Of a DNA stretch of 64,000 nt, positions 52,801 to 64,000 are shown piece after piece. The notes below the pieces were generated by a model. That model was not told the DNA's origin. It made no database searches and was given only the letters and a program-made list of their open reading frames with translations. Positions within the stretch are counted from its first letter, which is position 1, and each line of letters opens with the position of its first letter. The stretch comes from the human T2T-CHM13v2.0 reference genome, Homo sapiens. The stretch lies in NCBI RefSeq assembly GCF_009914755.1, contig NC_060943.1, one strand, 5' to 3'. The position numbers were made by a program, and so were the translations under genes.

Positions 52801-55800
52801 GTTGTGTGTATTCAACTCACAGAGTTGAACGATCCTTTACACAGAGCAGACTTGAAACACTCTTTTTGTGGAATTTGCAAGTGGATATTTCAGCCGCTTT
52901 GAGTTCAATGGTAGAATAGGAAATATCTTCCTATAGAAACTAGACAGAATGATTCTCAGAAACTCCTTTGTGATGTGTGCGTTCAACTCACAGAGTTCAA
53001 CCTTTCTTTTCATAGAGCAGTTGGGAAACACTCTGTTTGTAAAGTCTGCAAGTGGATATTCAGACTTCTTTGAGGCCTTCGTTGGAAGCGGGATTTCTTC
53101 ATGTTCTGCTAGACAGAAGAATTCTCAGAAACTTCCTTGTGTTGTGTGTTTTCAACTCACAGAGTTGAACGATCCTTTACACAGAGCAGACTTGAAACAC
53201 TCCTTTTGTGGAATTTGCAAGTGGAGATTTCAGCCGCTTTGAGGTCAATGGTAGAATAGGAAATATCTTCCTATAGAAAGTAGACAGAATGATTCTCAGA
53301 AACTCCTTTGTGATGTGTGCGTTCAACTCACAGAGTTTAACCTTTCTTTTCATAGAGCAGTTAGGAAACACTCTGTTTGTAAAGTCTGCAAGTGGATATT
53401 CAGACCTATTTGAGGCCTTCGTTGGAAGAGGGATTTCTTCATGTTCAGCTAGACAGAAGAATTCTCAGAAACTTCCTTGTGTTGTGTGTTTTCAACTCAC
53501 AGAGTTGAACGATCCTTTACACAGAGCAGACTTGAAACACTCCTTTTGTGGAATTTGCAAGTGGAGATTTCAGCCGCTTTGAGGTCAATGGTAGAATAGG
53601 AAATATCTTCCTATAGAAACTAGACAGAATGATTCTCAGAAACTCCTTTGTGATGTGTGCGTTCAACTCACAGAGTTTAACCTTTCTTTTCATAGAGCAG
53701 TTAGGAAACACTCTGTTTGTAAAGTCTGCAAGTGGATATTCAGACATCCTTGAGGCTTTCGTTGGAAACGGGATTTCTTCATATTCTGCTAGAAAGAAGA
53801 ATTCTCAGTAACTTCCTTGTGTTGTGTGTATTCAACTCACAGAGTTGAACGATCCTTTACACAGAGCAGACTTGAAACACTCTTTTTGTGGAATTTGCAA
53901 GTGGAGATTTCAGCCGCTTTGAGTTCAATGGTAGAATAGGAAATATCTTCCTATAGAAACTAGACAGAATGATTCTCAGAAACTCCTTTGTGATGTGTGC
54001 GTTCAACTCACAGTGTTTAACCTTTCTTTTCATAGAGCAGTTGGGAAACACTCTGTTTGTAAAGTCTGCAAGTGGATATTCAGACATCCTTGAGGCTTTC
54101 GTTGGAAACGGGATTTCTTCATATTCTGCTACAAAGAAGAATTCTCAGTAACTTCCTTGTGTTGCGTGTATTCAACTCACAGAGTTGAACGATCCTTTAC
54201 ACACAGCAGACTTGAAACACTCTTTTTGTGGAATTTGCAAGTGGAGATTTCAGCCGCTTTGAGTTCAATGGTAGAATAGGATATATCTTCCTATAGAAAC
54301 TAGACAGAATGATTCTCAGAAACTCCTTTGTGATGTGTGCGTTCAACTCACAGAGTTCAACCTTTCTTTTAATAGAGCAGTTGGGAAACACTCTGTTTGT
54401 AAAGTCTGCAAGTGGATATTCAGACTTCTTTGAGGCCTTCGTTGGAAGCGGGATTTCTTCATATTCTGCTAGACAGAAGAATTCTCAGTAACCTCCTTGT
54501 GTTGTGTGTATTCAACTCACAGTGTTGAACGACCCTTTACACAGAGCAGACTTGAAACACTCTTTTTGTGGAATTTGCAAGTGGAGATTTCAGCCGCTTT
54601 GAGGTCAATGGTAGAATAGGAAATATCTTCCTATAGAAACTAGACAGAATGATTCTCAGAAACTCCTTTGTGATGTGTGCGTTCAACTCACATCGTTTAA
54701 CCTTTCTTTTCATAGAGCAGTTAGGAAACACTCTGTTTGTAAAGTCTGCAAGTGGATATTCAGACATCCTTGAGGCTTTCGTTGGAAACGGGATTTCTTC
54801 ATATTATGCTAGACAGAGGAATTCTCAGGAACTTCCTTGTGTTGTGTGTATTCAACTCACAGAGTTGAACGATCCTTTACACAGAGCAGACTTGAAACAC
54901 TCTTTTTGTGGAATTTGCAAGTGGAGATTTCAGCCGCTTTGAGTTCAATGGTAGAATAGGAAATATCTTCCTATAGAAAGTACACAGAATGATTCTCAGA
55001 AACTGCTTTGTGATGTGTGCGTTCAACTCACAGAGTTCAACCTTTCTTTTCATAGAGCAGTTGGGAAACACTCTGTTTGTAAAGTCTGCAAGTGGATATT
55101 CAGACTTCTTTGAGGCCTTCGTTGGAAGCGGTATTTCTTCATATTCTGCTAGACAGAAGAATTCTCAGTAACTTCCTTGTGTTGTGTGTATTCAACTCAC
55201 AGAGTTGAACGATCCTTTACACAGAGCAGACTTGAAACACTCTTTTTGTGGAATTTGCAAGTGGAGATTTCAGCCGCTTTGAGGTCAATGGTAGAATAGG
55301 AAATATCTTCCTATAGAAACTAGACAGAATGATTCTCAGAAACTCCTTTGTGATGTGTGCGTTCAACTCACAGAGTTCAACCTTTCTTTTCATAGAGCAG
55401 TTGGGAAACACTCTGTTTGTAAAGTCTGCAAGTGGATATTCAGACTTCTTTGAGGCCTTCGTTGGAAGCGGGATTTCTTCATGTTCTGCTAGACAGAAGA
55501 ATTCTCAGAAACTTCCTTGTGTTGTGTGTTTTCAACTCACAGAGTTGAACGATCCTTTACACAGAGCAGACTTGAAACACTCCTTTTGTGGAATTTGCAA
55601 GTGGAGATTTCAGCCGCTTTGAGGTCAATGGTAGAATAGGAAATATCTTCCTATAGAAAGTAGACAGAATGATTCTCAGAAACTCCTTTGTGATGTGTGC
55701 GTTCAACTCACAGAGTTTAACCTTTCTTTTCATAGAGCAGTTAGGAAACACTCTGTTTGTAAAGTCTGCAAGTGGATATTCAGACCTCCTTGAGGCCTTC

Positions 55801-56100
55801 GTTGGAAACAGGATTTCTTCATATTCTGCTAGACAGAAGAATTCTCAGTAACTTCCTTGTGTTGTGTGTATTCAACTCACAGAGTTGAACGATCCTTTAC
55901 ACAGAGCAGACTTGAAACACTCTTTTTGTGGAATTTGCAAGTGGAGATTTCAGCCGCTTTGAGTTCAATGGTAGAATAGGAAATATCTTCCTATAGAAAC
56001 TAGACAGAATGATTCTCAGAAACTCCTTTGTGATGTGTGCGTTCAACTCACAGAGTTCAACCTTTCTTTTCATAGAGCAGTTGGGAAACACTCTGTTTGT
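46829..56100 (+). repeat. Tandem ~4080-bp (12-dimer) local super-repeat, ~2.3 copies
   Basis: Private variants CAGTGTTT, GCTACAAAG, GTTGCGTG, ACACAGCAG and GGATATATC occur in the dimers at 49889/50229 and again at 53969/54309 (offset 4080). AAACTGC dimers lie at 46829, 50909 and 54989. Confidence 0.87.
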
Positions 56101-58387
56101 AAAGTCTGCAAGTGGATATTCAGACTTCTTTGAGGCCTTCGTTGGAAGCGGGATTTCTTCATGTTCTGCTAGACAGAAGAATTCTCAGAAACTTCCTTGT
56201 GTTGTGTGTTTTCAACTCACAGAGTTGAACGATCCTTTACACAGAGCAGACTTGAAACACTCTTTTTGTGGAATTTGCAAGTGGAGATTTCAGCCGCTTT
56301 GAGTTCAATGGTAGAATAGGAAATATCTTCCTATAGAAATAGACAGAATGATTCTCAGAAACTCCTTTGTGATGTGTGCGTTCAACTCACAGAGTTCAAC
56401 CTTTCTTTTAATAGAGCAGTTGGGAAACACTCTGTTTGTAAAGTCTGCAAGTGGATATTCAGACTTCTTTGAGGCCTTCGTTGGAAGCGGGATTTCTTCA
56501 TATTCTGCTAGACAGAAGAATTCTCAGTAACCTCCTTGTGTTGTGTGTATTCAACTCACAGAGTTGAACGACCCTTTACACAGAGCAGACTTGAAACACT
56601 CTTTTTGTGGAATTTGCAAGTGGAGATTTCAGCCGCTTTGAGGTCAATGGTAGAATAGGAAATATCTTCCTATAGAAACTAGACAGAATGATTCTCAGAA
56701 ACTCCTTTGTGATGTGTGCGTTCAACTCACAGAGTTTAACCTTTCTTTTCATAGAGCAGTTAGGAAACACTCTGTTTGTAAAGTCTGCAAGTGGATATTC
56801 AGACATCCTTGAGGCTTTCGTTGGAAACAGGATTTCTTCATATTCTGCTAGAAAGAAGAATTCTCAGTAACTTCCTTGTGTTGTGTGTATTCAACTCACA
56901 GAGTTGAACGATCCTTTACACAGAGCAGACTTGAAACACTCTTTTTGTGGAATTTGCAAGTGGAGATTTCAGCCGCTTTGAGGTCAATGGTAGAATAGGA
57001 AATATCTTCCTATAGAAACTAGACAGAATGATTCTCAGAAACTCCTTTGTGATGTGTGCGTTCAACTCACAGAGTTTAACCTTTCTTTTCATAGAGCAGT
57101 TGGGAAACACTCTGTTTGTAAAGTCTGCAAGTGGATATTCAGACATCCTTGAGGCTTTCGTTGGAAACGGGATTTCTTCATATTCTGCTAGAAAGAAGAA
57201 TTCTCAGTAACTTCCTTGTGTTGTGTGTTTTCAACTCACAGAGTTGAACGATCCTTTACACAGAGCAGACTTGAAACACTCTTTTTGTGGAATTTGCAAG
57301 TGGAGATTTCAGCCGCTTTGAGGTCAATGGTAGAATAGGAAATATCTTCCTATAGAAAGTAGACAGAATGATTCTCAGAAACTCCTTTGTGATGTGTGCG
57401 TTCAACTCACAGAGTTTAACCTTTCTTTTCATAGAGCAGTTACGAAACACTCTGTTTGTAAAGTCTGCAAGTGGATATTCAGACCTCCTTGAGGCCTTCG
57501 TTGGAAACGGGATTTCTTCATATTATGCTAGACAGAAGAATTCTCAGTAACTTCCTTGTGTTGTGTGTATTCAACTCACAGAGTTGAACGATCCTTTACA
57601 CAGAGCAGACTTGAAACACTCTTTTTGTGGAATTTGCAAGTGGAGATTTCAGCCGCTTTGAGTTCAATGGTAGAATAGGAAATATCTTCCTATAGAAACT
57701 AGACAGAATGATTCTCAGAAACTCCTTTGTGATGTGTGCGTTCAACTCACAGAGTTCAACCTTTCTTTTAATAGAGCAGTTGGGAAACACTCTGTTTGTA
57801 AAGTCTGCAAGTGGATATTCAGACTTCTTTGAGGCCTTCGTTGGAAGCGGGATTTCTTCATATTCTGCTAGACAGAAGAATTCTCAGTAACTTCCTTGTG
57901 TTGTGTGTATTCAACTCACAGAGTTGAACGATCCTTTACACAGAGCAGACTTGAAACACTCTTTTTGTGGAATTTGCAAGTGGAGATTTCAGCCGCTTTG
58001 AGGTCAATGGTAGAATAGGAAATATCTTCCTATAGAAACTAGACAGAATGATTCTCAGAAACTCCTTTGTGATGTGTGCGTTCAACTCACAGAGTTTAAC
58101 CTTTCTTTTCATAGAGCAGTTAGGAAACACTCTGTTTGTAAAGTCTGCAAGTGGATATTCAGACATCCTTGAGGCTTTCGTTGGAAACGGGATTTCTTCA
58201 TATTCTGCTAGAAAGAAGAATTCTCAGTAACTTCCTTGTGTTGTGTGTATTCAACTCACAGAGTTGAACGATCCTTTACACAGAGCAGACTTGAAACACT
58301 CTTTTTGTGGAATTTGCAAGTGGAGATTTCAGCCGCTTTGAGTTCAATGGTAGAATAGGAAATATCTTCCTATAGAAACCAGACAGA

Positions 58388-61300
58388 ATGATTCTCAGAA
58401 ACTCCTTTGTGATGTGTGCGTTCAACTCACAGAGTTTAACCTTTCTTTTCATAGAGCAGTTGGGAAACACTCTGTTTGTAAAGTCTGCAAGTGGATATTC
58501 AGACATCCTTGAGGCTTTCGTTGGAAACGGGATTTCTTCATATTCTGGTAGAAAGAAGAATTCTCAGTAACTTCCTTGTGTTGTGTGTATTCAACTCACA
58601 GAGTTGAACGATCCTTTACACAGAGCAGACTTGAAACACTCTTTTTGCGGAATTTGCAAGTGGAGATTTCAGCCGCTTTGAGGTCAATGGTAGAATAGGA
58701 AATATCTTCCTATAGAAACTAGACAGAATGATTCTCAGAAACTTCTTTGTGATGTGTGCGTTCAACTCACACAGTTTAACCTTTCTTTTCATAGAGCAGT
58801 TAGGAAACACTCTGTTTGTAAAGTCTGCAAGTGGATATTCAGACCTCCTTGAGGCCTTCGTTGGAAACGGGATTTCTTCATATTATGCTAGACAGAAGAA
58901 TTCTCCGTAACTTCCTTGTGTTGTGTGTATTCAACTCACAGAGTTGAACGATCCTTTACACAGAGCAGACTTGAAACACTCTTTTTGTGGAATTTGCAAG
59001 TGGATATTTCAGCCGCTTTGAGTTCAATGGTAGAATAGGAAATATCTTCCTATAGAAACTAGACAGAATGATTCTCAGAAACTCCTTTGTGATGTGTGCG
59101 TTCAACTCACAGAGTTCAACCTTTCTTTTCATAGAGCAGTTGGGAAACACTCTGTTTGTAAAGTCTGCAAGTGGATATTCAGACTTCTTTGAGGCCTTCT
59201 TTGGAAGCGGGATTTCTTCATGTTCTGCTAGACAGAAGAATTCTCAGAAACTTCCTTGTGTTGTGTGTTTTCAACTCACAGAGTTGAACGATCCTTTACA
59301 CAGAGCAGACTTGAAACACTCCTTTTGTGGAATTTGCAAGTGGAGATTTCAGCCGCTTTGAGGTCAATGGTAGAATAGGAAATATCTTCCTATAGAAAGT
59401 AGACAGAATGATTCTCAGAAACTCCTTTGTGATGTGTGCGTTCAACTCACAGAGTTTAACCTTTCTTTTCATAGAGCAGTTAGGAAACACTCTGTTTGTA
59501 AAGTCTGCAAGTGGATACTCAGACCTCCTTGAGGCCTTCGTTGGAAGCGGGATTTCTTCATGTTCAGCTAGACAGAAGAATTCTCAGAAACTTCCTTGTG
59601 TTGTGTGTTTTCAACTCACAGAGTTGAACGATCCTTTACACAGAGCAGACTTGAAACACTCCTTTTGTGGAATTTGCAAGTGGAGATTTCAGCCGCTTTG
59701 AGGTCAATGGTAGAATAGGAAATATCTTCCTATAGAAACTAGACAGAATGATTCTCAGAAACTCCTTTGTGATGTGTGCGTTCAACTCACAGAGTTTAAC
59801 CTTTGTTTTCATAGAGCAGTTAGGAAACACTCTGTTTGTAAAGTCTGCAAGTGGATATTCAGACATCCTTGAGGCTTTCGTTGGAAACGGGATTTCTTCA
59901 TATTCTGCTAGAAAGAAGAATTCTCAGTAACTTCCTTGTGTTGTGTGTATTCAACTCACAGAGTTGAACGATCCTTTACACAGAGCAGACTTGAAACACT
60001 CTTTTTGTGGAATTTGCAAGTGGATATTTCAGCCGCTTTGAGTTCAATGGTAGAATAGGAAATATCTTCCTATAGAAACTAGACAGAATGATTCTCAGAA
60101 ACTCCTTTGTGATGTGTGCGTTCAACTCACAGAGTTCAACCTTTCTTTTCATAGAGCAGTTGGGAAACACTCTGTTTGTAAAGTCTGCAAGTGGATATTC
60201 AGACTTCTTTGAGGCCTTCTTTGGAAGCGGGATTTCTTCATGTTCTGCTAGACAGAAGAATTCTCAGAAACTTCCTTGTGTTGTGTGTTTTCAACTCACA
60301 GAGTTGAACGATCCTTTACACAGAGCAGACTTGAAACACTCCTTTTGTGGAATTTGCAAGTGGAGATTTCAGCCGCTTTGAGGTCAATGGTAGAATAGGA
60401 AATATCTTCCTATAGAAAGTAGACAGAATGATTCTCAGAAACTCCTTTGTGATGTGTGCGTTCAACTCACAGAGTTTAACCTTTCTTTTCATAGAGCAGT
60501 TAGGAAACACTCTGTTTGTAAAGTCTGCAAGTGGATATTCAGACCTCCTTGAGGCCTTCGTTGGAAGCGGGATTTCTTCATGTTCAGCTAGACAGAAGAA
60601 TTCTCAGAAACTTCCTTGTGTTGTGTGTTTTCAACTCACAGAGTTGAACGATCCTTTACACAGAGCAGACTTGAAACACTCCTTTTGTGGAATTTGCAAG
60701 TGGAGATTTCAGCCGCTTTGAGGTCAATGGTAGAATAGGAAATATCTTCCTATAGAAAGTAGACAGAATGATTCTCAGAAACTCCTTTGTGATGTGTGCG
60801 TTCAACTCACAGAGTTTAACCTTTCTTTTCATAGAGCAGTTAGGAAACACTCTGTTTGTAAAGTCTGCAAGTGGATATTCAGACATCCTTGAGGCTTTCG
60901 TTGGAAACGGGATTTCTTCATATTCTGCTAGAAAGAAGAATTCTCAGTAACTTCCTTGTGTTGTGTGTATTCAACTCACAGAGTTGAACGATCCTTTACA
61001 CAGAGCAGACTTGAAACACTCTTTTTGTGGAATTTGCAAGTGGAGATTTCAGCCGCTTTGAGGTCAATGGTAGAATAGGAAATATCTTCCTATAGAAACT
61101 AGACAGAATGATTCTCAGAAACTGCTTTGTGATGTGTGCGTTCAACTCACAGAGTTTAACCTTTCTTTTCATAGAGCAGTTGGGAAACACTCTGTTTGTA
61201 AAGTCTGCATGTGGATATTCAGACATCCTTGAGGCTTTCGTTGGAAACGGGATTTCTTCATATTCTGCTAGAAAGAAGAATTCTCAGTAACTTCCTTGTG

Positions 61301-64000
61301 TTGTGTGTTTTCAACTCACAGAGTTGAACGATCCTTTACACAGAGCAGACTTGAAACACTCCTTTTGTGGAATTTGCAAGTGGAGATTTCAGCCGCTTTG
61401 AGGTCAATGGTAGAATAGGAAATATCTTCCTATAGAAAGTAGACAGAATGATTCTCAGAAACTCCTTTGTGATGTGTGCGTTCAACTCACAGAGTTTAAC
61501 CTTTCTTTTCATAGAGCAGTTGGGAAACACTCTGTTTGTAAAGTCTGCAAGTGGATATTCAGACATCCTTGAGGCTTTCGTTGGAAACGGGATTTCTTCA
61601 TATTCTGGTAGAAAGAAGAATTCTCAGTAACTTCCTTGTGTTGTGTGTATTCAACTCACAGAGTTGAACGATCCTTTACACAGAGCAGACTTGAAACACT
61701 CTTTTTGCGGAATTTGCAAGTGGAGATTTCAGCCGCTTTGAGGTCAGTGGTAGAATAGGAAATATCTTCCTATAGAAACTAGACAGAATGATTCTCAGAA
61801 ACTTCTTTGTGATGTGTGCGTTCAACTCACACAGTTTAACCTTTCTTTTCATAGAGCAGTTAGGAAACACTCTGTTTGTAAAGTCTGCAAGTGGATATTC
61901 AGACCTCCTTGAGGCCTTCGTTGGAAACGGGATTTCTTCATATTATGCTAGACAGAAGAATTCTCAGTAACTTCCTTGTGTTGTGTGTATTCAACTCACA
62001 GAGTTGAACGATCCTTTACACAGAGCAGACTTGAAACACTCTTTTTGTGGAATTTGCAAGTGGATATTTCAGCCGCTTTGAGTTCAATGGTAGAATAGGA
62101 AATATCTTCCTATAGAAACTAGACAGAATGATTCTCAGAAACTCCTTTGTGATGTGTGCGTTCAACTCACAGAGTTCAACCTTTCTTTTCATAGAGCAGT
62201 TGGGAAACACTCTGTTTGTAAAGTCTGCAAGTGGATATTCACACTTCTTTGAGGCCTTCTTTGGAAGCGGGATTTCTTCATGTTCTGCTAGACAGAAGAA
62301 TTCTCAGAAACTTCCTTGTGTTGTGTGTTTTCAACTCACAGAGTTGAACGATCCTTTACACAGAGCAGACTTGAAACACTCCTTTTGTGGAATTTGCAAG
62401 TGGAGATTTCAGCCGCTTTGATGTCAATGGTAGAATAGGAAATATCTTCCTATAGAAAGTAGACAGAATGATTCTCAGAAACTCCTTTGTGATGTGTGCG
62501 TTCAACTCACAGAGTTTAACTTTCTTTTCATAGAGCAGTTAGGAAACACTCTGTTTGTAAAGTCTGCAAGTGGATATTCAGACATCCTTGAGGCTTTCGT
62601 TGGAAACGGGATTTCTTCATATTCTGCTAGAAAGAAGAATTCTCAGTAACTTCCTTGTGTTGTGTGTATTCAACTCACAGAGTTGAACGATCCTTTACAC
62701 AGAGCAGACTTGAAACACTCTTTTTGTGGAATTTGCAAGTGGATATTTCAGCCGCTTTGAGTTCAATGGTAGAATAGGAAATATCTTCCTATAGAAACTA
62801 GACAGAATGATTCTCAGAAACTCCTTTGTGATGTGTGCGTTCAACTCACAGAGTTCAACCTTTCTTTTCATAGAGCAGTTGGGAAACACTCTGTTTGTAA
62901 AGTCTGCAAGTGGATATTCAGACTTCTTTGAGGCCTTCTTTGGAAGCGGGATTTCTTCATGTTCTGCTAGACAGAAGAATTCTCAGAAACTTCCTTGTGT
63001 TGTGTGTTTTCAACTCACAGAGTTGAACGATCCTTTACACAGAGCAGACTTGAAACACTCCTTTTGTGGAATTTGCAAGTGGAGATTTCAGCCGCTTTGA
63101 GGTCAATGGTAGAATAGGAAATATCTTCCTATAGAAACTAGACAGAATGATTCTCAGAAACTCCTTTGTGATGTGTGCGTTCAACTCACAGAGTTTAACC
63201 TTTCTTTTCATAGAGCAGTTAGGAAACACTCTGTTTGTAAAGTCTGCAAGTGGATATTCAGACATCCTTGAGGCTTTCGTTGGAAACGGGATTTCTTCAT
63301 ATTCTGCTAGAAAGAAGAATTCTCAGTAACTTCCTTGTGTTGTGTGTATTCAACTCACAGAGTTGAACGATCCTTTACACAGAGCAGACTTGAAACACTC
63401 TTTTTGTGGAATTTGCAAGTGGAGATTTCAGCCGCTTTGAGGTCAATGGTAGAATAGGAAATATCTTCCTATAGAAACTAGACAGAATGATTCTCAGAAA
63501 CTCCTTTGTGATGTGTGCGTTCAACTCACAGAGTTTAACCTTTCTTTTCATAGAGCAGTTGGGAAACACTCTGTTTGTAAAGTCTGCAAGTGGATATTCA
63601 GACATCCTTGAGGCTTTCGTTGGAAACGGGATTTCTTCATATTCTGGTAGAAAGAAGAATTCTCAGTAACTTCCTTGTGTTGTGTGTATTCAACTCACAG
63701 AGTTGAACGATCCTTTACACAGAGCAGACTTGAAACACTCTTTTTGCGGAATTTGCAAGTGGAGATTTCAGCCGCTTTGAGGTCAATGGTAGAATAGGAA
63801 ATATCTTCCTATAGAAACTAGACAGAATGATTCTCAGAAACTTCTTTGTGATGTGTGCGTTCAACTCACACAGTTTAACCTTTCTTTTCATAGAGCAGTT
63901 AGGAAACACTCTGTTTGTAAAGTCTGCAAGTGGATATTCACACCTCCTTGAGGCCTTCGTTGGAAACGGGATTTCTTCATATTATGCTAGACAGAAGAAT
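58388..64000 (+). repeat. Nested short-period super-repeats (3060, 2039, 1020, 679 bp offsets)
   Basis: The TCTGGTAG + TTTGCGGA + AACTTCTT marker set is at 58388, 61448 and 63487. The CTTCTTTGG box variant is at 59196, 60216, 62256 and 62935. Confidence 0.85.

Larger units (their letters stand above)
1..64000 (+). repeat. Alpha-satellite tandem array, 340-bp dimeric repeat, SF1 (J1/J2), D1Z7/D5Z2/D19Z3-like live centromeric array
   Basis: Continuous 340-bp periodicity: the recurring ATG at 266, 606 ... 63827 gives 187 steps with a net 19 bp lost. Typical alphoid motifs are present (ATTCTCAGAAACT, TTCAACTCACAGAG, GAAACACTCT, TGCAAGTGGATATT). A CENP-B box occurs in every second monomer, and neighbouring dimers differ at only a few positions. 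Family assignment is from recalled knowledge of the SF1 340-bp EcoRI dimer, not from a database search. Confidence 0.97.

Noticed and set aside
154-63909. Hundreds of 60-124 aa ORFs on both strands (MILRNSF..., MFPNCSM..., MSEYPLA...)
   Set aside because: They recur with the 340-bp satellite period, are freely broken by stops and frameshifts, and resemble no protein family I recognise. They are translation artefacts of alpha-satellite.
1-64000. CRISPR-like or other repeat-spacer array
   Set aside because: There are no unique spacers, the entire unit is repeated, and there are no cas or other genes.
1-64000. Transposon (L1/Alu) insertion or inversion within the array
   Set aside because: The 340-bp phase is accounted for end to end with only 19 bp of small deletions. 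No foreign sequence, poly(A) tail or strand switch was seen.
1-64000. Assignment to a specific chromosome (1, 5 or 19)
   Set aside because: These arrays share the same dimer family, and chromosome-specific k-mers cannot be checked without a reference search.

Overview
The whole 64 kb window is one uninterrupted, single-orientation array of primate (human-type) centromeric alpha-satellite. It has about 188 copies of a 340-bp dimer: a 171-bp A-type monomer plus a 169-bp B-type monomer carrying a CENP-B box, with one EcoRI site per dimer. This matches the suprachromosomal family 1 (J1/J2) near-dimeric live array shared by human chromosomes 1, 5 and 19 (D1Z7/D5Z2/D19Z3; S1C1/5/19H1L). I cannot tell which chromosome it comes from. 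I see no genes, RNA genes, transposon insertions, inversions or CRISPR arrays; all ORFs in the track are by-products of the repeat. I found no evidence for a novel gene-encoded system. The interesting signal is cryptic higher-order structure readable from SNP/indel markers. It includes a variable ~22-23-dimer super-unit in the central ~40 kb, a haplotype switch near 45 kb, nested block duplications, a rare divergent monomer, deletion-only length variation, and CENP-B box decay concentrated in the last third. All variant calls and counts were made by eye, helped by the ORF track, and may miss some single-base changes.
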